From the NCBI GenBank assembly GCA_030638575.1, contig DAOWEJ010000103.1:5417-69416 (forward strand): a stretch of 64,000 bases of DNA, in the 5' to 3' direction. This DNA comes from Deltaproteobacteria bacterium (lineage in GTDB: Bacteria > Desulfobacterota > Desulfobacteria > Desulfobacterales > JAUWMJ01). The notes beneath the pieces were generated by a model. It made no database searches. It was not told the DNA's origin and worked only from the letters and a program-made list of their open reading frames with translations. Of this stretch, positions 17,103 to 26,137 are shown one piece after another. Numbering within the stretch: position 1 is the first letter of the stretch; every line of letters begins with the position of its first letter. The translations under genes were made by a program, and so were the position numbers.

Positions 17103-17879
17103 ATGAAGTATGAGGAGATTCTGTTTTCTACTGAAGAAGAAATAGCGTTTTTAACATTGAACAAGCCTGAAAAAATTAATGCTCTGTCAAGAAGAATGAT
17201 CAGGGAAATGATACATGCTTTAACCGCGGTTTCATCTGATGAATCTGTTAAAGTCGTCATTCTGAAAGCCACCGGCAAGCATTTTTGCGCCGGGCACTAT
17301 ATGAAAGAAATGGTTGATGATAATTTAAAGGAATATAAGTTTATTTTTGATCAATGTGCTAAGATGATGCAATTAATCCATGAAATTCCCCAACCTGTCA
17401 TAGCTCAGGTGCAGGGGGTTGCCACTGCCGCAGGCTGTCAGCTTGCTGCCTGGTGCGATCTTGTTGTGGCTGAGGAAGGCGCCCAGTTTGCCACACCCGG
17501 AGTCAAGATCGGTCTTTTTTGTACAACGCCCATGGTGGCAATCACCAGAGCTATCGGCAGAAAGGCGGCAATGGAAATGCTTTTGACCGGCCGCTATTTT
17601 TCAGCCCGGGAAGCGAAAGAACTGGGTCTGGTGAACAAGGTGGTATCTTCTGAAGATTTAGGTAAAGAAACCAGGAAAATGGCAGGCCACATCGCAGAGG
17701 CAAGCAGGTTCGTTTTAGCCATAGGTAAACAGGGGTTTTACGCTCAGGTTGACCAAGCGGATGAAAAAGCAATGCATTTTGCCAAACATACAATTACCAT
17801 GAACTTGATGGCCGAGGATGCTCAAAACGGTATAAAAGCCTTTATTAAAAAAGAGACGCCTCAATGGAAAAACAGGTAA
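17103..17879 (+). CDS. Enoyl-CoA hydratase/isomerase (crotonase) family protein
   Basis: FLTLNKPEKINAL...KVVILKATGKHFCAGH...GVATAAGCQLAAWCDLVVA is a typical crotonase fold signature. SD AAAGGAGG upstream. Confidence 0.85.
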   Translation: MKYEEILFSTEEEIAFLTLNKPEKINALSRRMIREMIHALTAVSSDESVKVVILKATGKHFCAGHYMKEMVDDNLKEYKFIFDQCAKMMQLIHEIPQPVIAQVQGVATAAGCQLAAWCDLVVAEEGAQFATPGVKIGLFCTTPMVAITRAIGRKAAMEMLLTGRYFSAREAKELGLVNKVVSSEDLGKETRKMAGHIAEASRFVLAIGKQGFYAQVDQADEKAMHFAKHTITMNLMAEDAQNGIKAFIKKETPQWKNR

Positions 17880-18071
17880 TTTTTTTCAATTAAACCACGG
17901 GCTATGCCCGAGCGACCCTAAAAAGTTTTACCGTTCCGGCGAGAATAAATATACTCAATAGTATCAAAAAGAGAAAGAACAATATTTTTGATTCCCTCTC
18001 CTAATAGCATGGTCGTAAAATTAAGAAATAAAATGTTTATGATAAGAGAATATTGAACGGCAGAGTAAAGC

Positions 18072-18098
18072 GTTTTTTGAACATCGAACATCGAACGT
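18072..18098 (-). terminator. Coordinates entered in error; the intended HNH-gene terminator is listed as the next feature
   Basis: This range falls inside repeat D1, not on the terminator hairpin. The minus-strand stem ACCACCCG-tagaa-CGGGTGGT plus TTTTAT was mis-indexed here. Correct coordinates are 18271-18298. Confidence 0.1.
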
Positions 18099-18197
18099 TG
18101 AACATCGAATGGTGAAATCGCTTCGCTCCGCCGGTTTATAAATTGGCAGAATACCTTATTCAAAATTCGACGTTGGACGTTCGATGTTCGACGTTCA
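18077..18197. repeat. Family D heptad-arm hairpin, copy D1 (empty)
   Basis: Left arm TTGAACATCGAACATCGAACGTTGAACATCGAA and right arm TTCGACGTTGGACGTTCGATGTTCGACGTTCA are imperfect complements built from 7-nt units. The centre is 56 bp. Confidence 0.7.
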
Positions 18198-18270
18198 TGA
18201 CGGCTACGTCCTTGATATTGGATTGTAATCTGCAGGAATAGCGATGCTTTTAGACCCCTTCGAGGGGTCT

Positions 18271-18298
18271 TCATAAAACCACCCGTTCTACGGGTGGT
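18271..18298 (-). terminator. Intrinsic terminator downstream of the HNH gene
   Basis: Minus strand: ACCACCCG-TAGAA-CGGGTGGT (18298-18278) followed by TTTTATGA. A second hairpin, GACCCCTCGAAGGGGTC, follows. Confidence 0.7.
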
Positions 18299-18341
18299 AG
18301 ATGATTTTTTATCAAAAGGCCAAAATATTGTTACTATACAC

Positions 18342-18638
18342 CTAAACTTTAATCTTGTCTTTTAAGTATTCATCCCATTCCATGGGAAGGAGTTGCTTTT
18401 TTCTTGTGTTGCATTCTTTGCAGGCAGGGACAACATTACCCTTTATGCTCCGGCCCCCGCGTGCCACCGGAACTATATGGTCCATAGTTAGTTCTTTTGG
18501 GGGTGTTGGGCGTCCGCAGTAATGGCACACGCCTTTTGCAAGGCGTCGTTTCCACCACTGGGACTTTCTTAGTTCCCTTGCTTTGTGGCGTTCCCTTTTT
18601 ATATCCGCCTCATCCGGATCAAATGCAAAAGGTTTCAT
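18342..18638 (-). CDS. Small HNH endonuclease-domain protein
   Basis: CHYCG...DHIVPVARGG...NVVPACKECNTRK is an HNH/zinc-finger core; 98 aa. Confidence 0.85.
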   Translation of the reverse strand: MKPFAFDPDEADIKRERHKARELRKSQWWKRRLAKGVCHYCGRPTPPKELTMDHIVPVARGGRSIKGNVVPACKECNTRKKQLLPMEWDEYLKDKIKV

Positions 18639-18673
18639 AATATTTTTTAAATTTTTTTATATTTATCGTTTTG

Positions 18674-19813
18674 TCACTTTGTCTTATTTATAAATGTGTC
18701 ATTTTGATTTTTTTTATTTGTCACTTTGTCATTCAAATAAATGGTCAGTCGATCTCCAGGGTGTATGTGCCTCCAGCGTTTAAGGTTATTCCATATTAAA
18801 ATGTCCTGCAGAGAAACATTGAAGCGCTCAGCAATTGAGGTCAGATTATCGCCCTTTTTCACTACATAGGAGTGTACTTTATTTTCTAACAGCCACTCGT
18901 TAAAAGCCTTTTCAAAACGGGGGTGAAAATCAATGGCAGCACCTTTAGGAATTAAGATCAGGTGGATCCCTTCGGAAACATAGTGCCCTCTGATTTCAGG
19001 GTTTAAATCCTTTATGACTTTAAAATGTGTTCCGGAAGCCTGGGCAATAACATGGATTGGTACTTCCTTAGAGATTGTCAGGTAAACGTGATCAAATTGC
19101 AAAGGGGGATAAAGATCATCCTCCGTAAGATAAAACCCGTATTTTTCAGGGTCGGATAAAATTAATTTTGCAGCAATTATTCTGAAAACATACCTCTGGG
19201 TTTCTAAAGAGAGATAAAGCTGGTAATAATCACTTGTTTTTTGAGCCTCAATTTCAGATTTAAGACCATCTTCTCCCATATTATAAGCAGCAGCAGATAG
19301 TGTCCATGATTTCAAATCAGCATATAGGACTTTTAAATAATTTATGGCAGCTTTTGTGGAAGTAAAGATGTTTCGACGTTCATCCCTATCTCCGTTAATT
19401 GTCAGCCCATAGACAATACCTGTGTCTTTCATAAACTGCCAGAAACCTATCGCTCCTTTGCGGGAACCGACATGGGGTCTTAAGGCACTTTCTATAATCG
19501 CAACATATTTAAGGTCTTCAGGCATATCATTTTCATTTAACGTTTTTTCGATGTATGGCATGTATCTGTTGGACCTCTTAATCCAGAGAATCACCTGTGT
19601 TCGATCAGAAAGAGAAAGCAAAAGCTCCTTTTCCAATCTTTCACGCACCTCTCGTTTGTCAAGGGGAACAGCTTCTCCGCAGAAATCTAAAGGTGTGTTT
19701 ATCCGGATACTGGAAATTAATGATGGAAAAGAAGAGGGTTCCAAGAGCGGCTCAGCCAGAGCCCCCGAAATTCCGGTAATAAAAACACAAAAGAATAACA
19801 ATAATTTCCGCAT
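18674..19813 (-). CDS. Lytic transglycosylase (SLT domain) with C-terminal LysM
   Basis: AIIESALRP...GAIGFWQFM...AAYNMGE is an SLT core. LysM motif: YVVKKGDNLTSIAERFNVSLQDILIWNNL. I start it at MRKLLLFFCVF... (signal peptide), because the 18 upstream codons of the track ORF run into a family B fragment. Confidence 0.85.
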   Translation of the reverse strand: MRKLLLFFCVFITGISGALAEPLLEPSSFPSLISSIRINTPLDFCGEAVPLDKREVRERLEKELLLSLSDRTQVILWIKRSNRYMPYIEKTLNENDMPEDLKYVAIIESALRPHVGSRKGAIGFWQFMKDTGIVYGLTINGDRDERRNIFTSTKAAINYLKVLYADLKSWTLSAAAYNMGEDGLKSEIEAQKTSDYYQLYLSLETQRYVFRIIAAKLILSDPEKYGFYLTEDDLYPPLQFDHVYLTISKEVPIHVIAQASGTHFKVIKDLNPEIRGHYVSEGIHLILIPKGAAIDFHPRFEKAFNEWLLENKVHSYVVKKGDNLTSIAERFNVSLQDILIWNNLKRWRHIHPGDRLTIYLNDKVTNKKNQNDTFINKTK

Positions 19814-19839
19814 GCAGCACCTCAGAGCAAAATAGTTTT

Positions 19840-19878
19840 GATGATTTCGTAAAAAGTCAAAAACCACTTTCTACGAAA
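19840..19878. repeat. Minimal family B copy (two termini only)
   Basis: GATGATTTCGTAAAAAGTC-aaaaacc-ACTTTCTACGAAATA contains only the two family B termini. Confidence 0.5.
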
Positions 19879-19882
19879 TATT

Positions 19883-20164
19883 TTAAATATCTTTAAATGC
19901 GGAAAACAGGGTCCATATTCCCACAATGACAAAGAAAAAGCCTGCGCCGATTTTTATGTAATGTGCCGGCATAAAACGACTGAATGTTGCGCCGAAAAAC
20001 ACAGCAATAAGAGAACTTAAAACAAGTGCACCGGCAGAGCCTAAAAAAACAGATAGTCTCGAATCATTATCTGCTGAAAGGCTAAAAGTTGCAAGCTGGG
20101 TTTTATCTCCTAACTCGGCTAAAAAGACCATGCCGAATGTTGTTAGAAAGAGTTTAAAATCCAT
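19883..20164 (-). CDS. UPF0016 (GDT1/TMEM165) family half-size membrane protein, putative Mn/Ca transporter
   Basis: Signature ELGDKTQLAT in the first TM helix; 93 aa with three hydrophobic segments. Confidence 0.8.
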   Translation of the reverse strand: MDFKLFLTTFGMVFLAELGDKTQLATFSLSADNDSRLSVFLGSAGALVLSSLIAVFFGATFSRFMPAHYIKIGAGFFFVIVGIWTLFSAFKDI

Positions 20165-20339
20165 GACAGATCTCCGATTTTATAATTCAAATTTTAAATA
20201 TCATTCACTTAAGAGAAGGATTTTGGCGTAAAAGAAATATTTCTTTTACGCGCTATCAATTAATTTTGTCTAACGTATTCGGCACTTGTTGCTTCGGACA
20301 GATTAAAAGCGGCTTGCCAGGGAGTTTTTAAAACCGTTT

Positions 20340-22364
20340 TTAGCGATTAAGAAGTTCTGTCGCGTTTTTAACGATATTTTCAGTTGTAAAACCGAATTTC
20401 TCCATAACGGTTCCACCGGGTGCTGAAGCGCCAAATCCTGTGATTCCTACTACCATGCCGGCGTTTGTGACATACCGTTCCCACCCCATGGGAAGACCTG
20501 CTTCAACGGCAATTCTATCTGTTACATCCGGCGGAAGAACTTTGTCTTTATATTCCTGGGGGGTTTTTTCAAACAGTTCCCAGCTAGGCATATTCACGAC
20601 CCTGGCTGAAACACCTTTTTCAAAAAGCTCTTTTCCGGCTTTAAGGGCTAAAGGAACTTCCGACCCTGAAGCTATCAGGATAATTTCCGGTTTTTTGTCT
20701 GTATCGGCCATAATATAAGCGCCCTTTGCAAGTCCGTCGGAAGGATCGATGCTGCTTCTGTCGAGTACCGGGAGTTTCTGGCGGCTTAAGATCAATGCAA
20801 CAGGACTGTCGGTAGTCTTGACAGCAAGTCGCCATGCTTGCACTGTTTCAAAAGCATCTGCCGGACGGATAACTGTCAGGCCCGGAATAGCACGCAAGGA
20901 GGCGAGATGCTCAACAGGCTGGTGAGTCGGACCGTCTTCGCCCACGGCAATGCTGTCGTGTGTGAAGACATAAATCACCGGCAATTTCATCAGGCAGGCA
21001 AGGCGTATTGATGGGCGCATGTAGTCTGCAAAGACAAGGAAGGTTCCGCCATAGGGGCGAAGGCCCTTATGAAGTATAATGCCGTTCATTATTCCACCCA
21101 TTGCGTGTTCGCGTACACCAAAACGGATATTTCGGCCATTGTAGCTGCTTTTCTGAAAATCAGAGGAAGAATCTATAACAGTCTTATTTGACGGTGCAAG
21201 ATCAGCAGATCCTCCGATTAGCAGGGGCATTTTTTCAGCAATTGCATTTAATACTTTGCCTGATGCACTGCGTGTTGCAATGGGATCATCAGCAGGTTTA
21301 AATTCAGGCAAATCAGCGTCCCAATCAGGCAACAGATCGCCATTTATGGCATGTGTCCATTGATTTGCCATATCAGGATATTTGGTTCGATAGGCATCGA
21401 ATTTCTCCTGCCAGATTGATTCAGCCGTTTTTCCTCTATCTACGCATTCCTGGAAGGTATCCATGACCGGGCTGGGTACCTGGAAATGATCGTTTTGAGG
21501 AAACCCTAGGCGCTCTTTGGTCAGGCGCACTTCTTCTTCACCCAGCGGTGCGCCGTGGGCATCTGCCGAGCCCTGTTTGTTGGGGCTGCCGAATGCAATC
21601 TGGGTGCGTAACATAATCAAGGAAGGTTTCTTTCTTTCTTTCTTTGATTCTTCGATAGCCCTTTGGATTGAATCGATATCATTGCCGTCATCAACTTTCA
21701 GTACATGCCAGTTATAAGCTTTGAATCTAAGGGCGACATCTTCTGTAAAAGCGATATCCGTACTCCCTTCGATAGATATTTTGTTGTCATCATAGATACA
21801 TATCAATTTTGACAGGCCTAAATGTCCGGCAAGGGATGCAGCTTCGGATGATATACCTTCCATCATATCTCCGTCACCGCAAAACATATAAGTATAGTGG
21901 TCCACTATCGGGGCATCATCCCGGTTAAAAAAGCTTGCAAGGTGCTGCTCAGCCATTGCCATGCCCACAGCATTTGCAAATCCCTGTCCCAAAGGACCGG
22001 TTGTAGTCTCAACTCCCGGAGTATGACCAAGCTCAGGGTGTCCGGGGGTTTTGCTTTGCCATTGCCGGAAATTTTTTAAATCATCAATGATAAGGCCATA
22101 TCCTGTAAGGTACAAAAGACTGTACAAAAGCATGGAGGCATGCCCGCAGGAAAGAACAAATCGATCCCTGTCAGGCCAGTCGGGATTTTTCGGATTATGT
22201 TTCAGGATGCGGGTCCACAGGACATATGCAGCGGGTGCCAGACCCATAGGTGCGCCGGGATGGCCGGAGTTGGCCTTTTGAATCGCATCAATGGAAAGTA
22301 TGCGGATTGTATTAACACAAAGTTCATCGATTTTTGACTGGCTTACTGGCAAGCCTTCATTCAT
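20340..22364 (-). CDS. tkt: Transketolase
   Basis: 674 aa. [17 protein letters not shown] (ThDP/metal motif) and GEDGPTHQP are classic transketolase signatures. Confidence 0.97.
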   Translation of the reverse strand: MNEGLPVSQSKIDELCVNTIRILSIDAIQKANSGHPGAPMGLAPAAYVLWTRILKHNPKNPDWPDRDRFVLSCGHASMLLYSLLYLTGYGLIIDDLKNFRQWQSKTPGHPELGHTPGVETTTGPLGQGFANAVGMAMAEQHLASFFNRDDAPIVDHYTYMFCGDGDMMEGISSEAASLAGHLGLSKLICIYDDNKISIEGSTDIAFTEDVALRFKAYNWHVLKVDDGNDIDSIQRAIEESKKERKKPSLIMLRTQIAFGSPNKQGSADAHGAPLGEEEVRLTKERLGFPQNDHFQVPSPVMDTFQECVDRGKTAESIWQEKFDAYRTKYPDMANQWTHAINGDLLPDWDADLPEFKPADDPIATRSASGKVLNAIAEKMPLLIGGSADLAPSNKTVIDSSSDFQKSSYNGRNIRFGVREHAMGGIMNGIILHKGLRPYGGTFLVFADYMRPSIRLACLMKLPVIYVFTHDSIAVGEDGPTHQPVEHLASLRAIPGLTVIRPADAFETVQAWRLAVKTTDSPVALILSRQKLPVLDRSSIDPSDGLAKGAYIMADTDKKPEIILIASGSEVPLALKAGKELFEKGVSARVVNMPSWELFEKTPQEYKDKVLPPDVTDRIAVEAGLPMGWERYVTNAGMVVGITGFGASAPGGTVMEKFGFTTENIVKNATELLNR

Positions 22365-22407
22365 GATTTGGTTCTCCTTTTTTTGAATTTTTCCCGGTTG
22401 AATATTT

Positions 22408-22602
22408 GATGGTTTCGTAAAAAGTCAGATTTAGACGGTTTCGTAAAAAGTTCAAATTCCCCCGCTAAAAAGCAACGGGATAAAAAGGCGTGTCCCGCTA
22501 AAGCGGGATAATCACAAGAAGTACTTATCGTACGTTGAATGATTGCGAAATGCAGCACAACGTCCCGCTGCACTGAAGCGGGAGACTTTTTACGAGATCG
22601 TC
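22408..22602 (-). mobile_element. MITE-like repeat family B, copy B2
   Basis: GATGGTTTCGTAAAAAGTC...GACTTTTTACGAGATCGTC, inverted relative to B1. Flanking direct repeat AATATTT (22401-22407 and 22603-22609). Confidence 0.85.
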
Positions 22603-22675
22603 AATATTTGCCTGGCTTGTTACACTGCTTTTAATTGTTATGCAAGAATTTATGAACTGGAAATACAGGTGAAAT

Positions 22676-23545
22676 CTAAAGAGCCCTTAAGTACTCCGGC
22701 TTAAGCGTTATATTGCCTGCCAGGGCATTATCTATCAGTTTTAATGTTGCTTCTTTATCTCTTGGCATTCTTGCCCGTATCGGCAGGTAATTCGAAGCAT
22801 GGTTTGCATGGAAAAGACCCCTTGAAAGGTTTGTATTAGCAATCATGATTCTTAGCTCTTCAAGCATTTCATCGGGCTCAAGGAGTGAAAATTTGCCTGA
22901 TTCGTAATCTTTAAATAAAGGTGTGCCTGGAATCAGCATTAAACTTAAGGCACCGACATATTCGGGATCTATTGCTGAAAGGACCCTTCCGGTTTCTTTG
23001 GCATGTATTTTGGATCTTTCTCTTCCGGCGATTGCCAAAAGAACAGTAATCGAAAGTTTAATGCCGGCAGCTCTTGCTTTTTTCCCCATACGGATCATTT
23101 GCTGTGCTGTTGCGCCCTTGTTTATATTTTTTAAGGTAACGTCGTCCCCTGTTTCAAGACCCATATAGGCGATGCCAAGTCCGTGTGCCTTAAGCTCTTT
23201 AAGTTCATCAGGACTTTTCATATTCAGGCTTTTAGCATTGGCATAAACGCCGACCCTTGTGACCCAGGGAAGCTGCTTTTTTATTTCGACAAGGATTTTC
23301 ATCAGCCTTTTCTGGGGAATAATAAGCACATCTCCGTCACAGAGAAAGACCCTGCGCTGTCGCTTGCAATAATTGGCTGCAAAAGCTATATCTTCCATAA
23401 TAATGGAATCCGGTTTTATTCTAAAGCGTTCCCCTTTGTATGTTCCACAAAAAGTACACTTGTTGCGTGAACATCCCACAGTTACCTGAAGCAGAATGCT
23501 GTTTGCCTCACTTGGCGGTCTTATTATGTTACCTTCATAATGCAT
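22676..23545 (-). CDS. Radical SAM protein with CX4CX2C cluster motif
   Basis: IRPPSEANSILLQVTVGCSRNKCTFCGTY; the Cys spacing read from the DNA is C-x4-C-x2-C. A TIM-barrel-like remainder follows; 289 aa. Confidence 0.75.
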   Translation of the reverse strand: MHYEGNIIRPPSEANSILLQVTVGCSRNKCTFCGTYKGERFRIKPDSIIMEDIAFAANYCKRQRRVFLCDGDVLIIPQKRLMKILVEIKKQLPWVTRVGVYANAKSLNMKSPDELKELKAHGLGIAYMGLETGDDVTLKNINKGATAQQMIRMGKKARAAGIKLSITVLLAIAGRERSKIHAKETGRVLSAIDPEYVGALSLMLIPGTPLFKDYESGKFSLLEPDEMLEELRIMIANTNLSRGLFHANHASNYLPIRARMPRDKEATLKLIDNALAGNITLKPEYLRAL

Positions 23546-23636
23546 TGTTTTTCCTAAACCGTATTGATACGTCTTTGTAAAGCCTTAAGTCAGACTGTTT
23601 ATTTCAACCACAAAGGAATAAAGAACACAAGGGATT

Positions 23637-23852
23637 TCATATTCCAAACTGGTCAAGGCAGGCCATGAAATCGTCGGAAAAAGCGTCAAGAATTTTTTCT
23701 TCCTGCCCAAATTCTGAAACGTCTGTCGGCTTATTTTGCCCTCTTCCGTATTCAACATCCCATCCCTTTTTTTTCAACATTTCAATCAATTCTATAGTCT
23801 GTTCCTTTGTCGCATCATTTCCGATATTTCCTTCTTCAATAAAAAATTTCAT
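23637..23852 (-). CDS. Hypothetical acidic 71-aa protein
   Basis: ATG ORF 91 nt upstream of the radical SAM gene on the same strand. No recognisable motif. Confidence 0.4.
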   Translation of the reverse strand: MKFFIEEGNIGNDATKEQTIELIEMLKKKGWDVEYGRGQNKPTDVSEFGQEEKILDAFSDDFMACLDQFGI

Positions 23853-24117
23853 TTAGGTCCCCTCTTTATTAATTATATTCTATCCGTTTGATTTAAACTA
23901 ATGGTTTTTTTTGAATATGCAAATAAAAAATGGTGTTGAGTTTATGCGGCTATAATGATATCTGCATGTTATTATTTTGTATTTTGGGCCATTATTGAAT
24001 TAAAATAAGGATATCAGGGCAAAAGAAATATTAATTTTTAAGCGGTGTCAATCAATTTTGCCCGGCATTCATGTAACTGAACGTCGGATAGGACACAAAC
24101 GTTATGGAGCAGGATAA

Positions 24118-24462
24118 ATGAAAAAGAAACAGGTAGATATAGACTGGGAGAACAGGAGGCTGTGCATCGATGGGAACTGTATTGGAGTGATCGGCCCTGA
24201 CGGGCGCTGCAAGGAATGCGGAAAACCTTATGAAGGCGAACTGCCGGAAGAAATCACAAAGACACAAACCGGCCTTGACGAAGACACAGTGTCAAAAGAA
24301 GACTCTGATAAATTCAAGAAAGACGAAGTTAATGATGAAGAAAAAACCTCAGTGAATATAGACTGGGAGAATCGCACACTATGCAGCGACGGGAACTGTA
24401 TAGGGGTGATCGGCCCTGATGGGCGCTGCAAGGAATGCGGAAAACTCCTTGAAAGCGGGTAA
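24118..24462 (+). CDS. Small protein with two tandem copies of a 4-Cys module
   Basis: IDWENRRLCIDGNCIGVIGPDGRCKECGKP and IDWENRTLCSDGNCIGVIGPDGRCKECGKL are separated by an acidic linker. The DNA of the two modules is highly similar. Confidence 0.65.
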   Translation: MKKKQVDIDWENRRLCIDGNCIGVIGPDGRCKECGKPYEGELPEEITKTQTGLDEDTVSKEDSDKFKKDEVNDEEKTSVNIDWENRTLCSDGNCIGVIGPDGRCKECGKLLESG

Positions 24463-24570
24463 TTTTATTTTGAAATTGGCTCTTGATTATTTATTTGGCC
24501 CTTAACAACTTCATATCGACATCTTGTTGCCGATCTCAGCCAGCATGTTGTTTTTACGTTGCAAGATTAT

Positions 24571-24658
24571 GTTACGAGTTACGAGTTGCGTGTTACGAAT
24601 CATAAAAAAGGAAACCATCCTATTTAAGACCCGTAACCCGTAACGCGAAACCCGCAAC
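24571..24658. repeat. Family D heptad-arm hairpin, copy D2 (empty)
   Basis: GTTACGAGTTACGAGTTGCGTGTTACGA ... CCGTAACCCGTAACGCGAAACCCGCAAC. The arms have 7-nt periodicity and the centre is 31 bp. Confidence 0.6.
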
Positions 24659-24829
24659 AGGGTACATGGACCCAGCAATTCTCGTTATTCATTGCTTTGA
24701 AAGAGCCCCATTTTTTATCACGTTGCTTTGGAAAATGCGTAGCTCTCAACAGGCCCAATGAACAGTAGATTTTAAAACAAGAAAAAGAAGATGTGTTTTG
24801 GTAGCAAATCCTGGTAATGGAGAAAGAGC

Positions 24830-26008
24830 ATGTTTTTTTTCGATTTAATTCCGACTCCCACATGGCGTGATTTTGCCGATATTCTTTTTCTTACATTCGT
24901 TACCTACCAGCTCTATGTCTGGTTCAAAGAGACCCGTGCGCTTCGAGTCCTTATAGGCCTCGCAGTGCTCGGAGCTATCTATTCCCTGGCCAAGCTGTGG
25001 GGCTTTTTCCTGACTACCATGGTTTTTCAGATTCTATGGCAGGTGTTGTTAATCCTTTTGCTGATACTCTTTCAGTCCGAAATCAGACAGGTTTTGGAAA
25101 AAGTAAGCCCCCTTCGTTATCTTAGATCGAAAAGGCGCGCTTTTCGTGGTTCTTTTGCAAAGAGCCTTGCCAGGACAGCCTTTGAGCTTGCCGGTGAAGG
25201 AACAGGAGCCCTCATCGTTCTTGTAAGAGATGACAACCCCGCTGAATTTGTTCATTCAGGCCAAACCATAATGGCCCTTCCCGAACCTTCTTTAATTAAA
25301 AGTATTTTTAGCCATCATGCTCCTGCTCATGACGGTGCTATAATCCTGTCTCAGGATTGCCTTACACAAATGGGATGTATTTTGCCTTTATCTAAAAAAG
25401 AGGGACTTCCGGAACAGTATGGAACCCGTCACCGTGCCGCCCTCGGCCTTTCAGAAAGGACAGATGCTGTTTGTCTTGTCGTTTCTGAAGAAAGGGCTGA
25501 AGTCTCAACAGTAACAGGCGGGGAAATTCAAACCTGGGAGGATTCCGAACTCCTGGCGGAAAAACTTAAAAAATTGCTGGGCGTTCCGGAAAGTATAGTG
25601 GGCTCACCAAAAGATTTTATAAAAGAGGCCTTTATCCAGAACTGGAAGGCGAAACTGGGAGCCCTGGCGTTGGTAACAATGGCATGGCTGGTTCTTGCAA
25701 GCCAGCAGGAAGTTAAAACCAGTATTACCGCTCCCATCAGACACCTTAATATACCTTCTGAACTTGTTTTGGGGAAGAATTCGGCGGAATCGGTCAGTCT
25801 GACCATTTCCGGCAGGAGAAATAGTATAAGGGCATTGCGAGACCAGGATATCCGGGTTGATGTTGATCTTGCAAATTTATCTTCAGGTATGCATCAGATA
25901 AGGTTGTCTGCAAAAAATGTTGATTTGCCTCTGGGCGTTAAAGTTGACAATGTAATGCCGAAGAATATTAGGGTTGTATTGAAGTCGTTGGGCAAGGAGA
26001 TTCGATAG
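24830..26008 (+). CDS. cdaA: Diadenylate cyclase CdaA fused to a YbbR/CdaR-like domain
   Basis: Three N-terminal TM helices, then DAC motifs HDGAIILS and GTRHRAALGLSE. An extra TM helix (LGALALVTMAWLVLA) follows, and then a YbbR-like beta-rich segment. Confidence 0.8.
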   Translation: MFFFDLIPTPTWRDFADILFLTFVTYQLYVWFKETRALRVLIGLAVLGAIYSLAKLWGFFLTTMVFQILWQVLLILLLILFQSEIRQVLEKVSPLRYLRSKRRAFRGSFAKSLARTAFELAGEGTGALIVLVRDDNPAEFVHSGQTIMALPEPSLIKSIFSHHAPAHDGAIILSQDCLTQMGCILPLSKKEGLPEQYGTRHRAALGLSERTDAVCLVVSEERAEVSTVTGGEIQTWEDSELLAEKLKKLLGVPESIVGSPKDFIKEAFIQNWKAKLGALALVTMAWLVLASQQEVKTSITAPIRHLNIPSELVLGKNSAESVSLTISGRRNSIRALRDQDIRVDVDLANLSSGMHQIRLSAKNVDLPLGVKVDNVMPKNIRVVLKSLGKEIR

Positions 26009-26053
26009 TTCTCTTTTAATCCGCCCTACCTTGCAGGAACCTTGGTTGTAACC

Positions 26054-26126
26054 GTTCACGGGTTCTGGGTTCCGGGTTCAACTAAAAAAAGATAACCCTG
26101 AACAGCGAACTCTGAACCTGTGAACC
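26054..26126. repeat. Family D heptad-arm hairpin, copy D3 (empty)
   Basis: GTTCACGGGTTCTGGGTTCCGGGTTCA ... CCCTGAACAGCGAACTCTGAACCTGTGAACC, with a 14-bp A-rich centre. Confidence 0.6.
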
Positions 26127-26137
26127 CCTATCCTTAT

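Noticed and set aside
18072-18098. My first coordinate estimate for the HNH-gene terminator.
   Set aside because: It was mis-indexed by 200 nt and falls in repeat D1. The hairpin is at 18271-18298, and the earlier feature entry is flagged with low confidence.
17918-18274. 118-aa minus-strand ORF.
   Set aside because: It spans the family D hairpin and terminator hairpins, and its translation is repeat-derived (RTSNVQRR..., FDVQRSMFDVQ).
20165-20339. yybP-ykoY Mn riboswitch upstream of the UPF0016 transporter gene.
   Set aside because: There is no GGGGAGUAG-type conserved core or four-helix layout on the minus strand.
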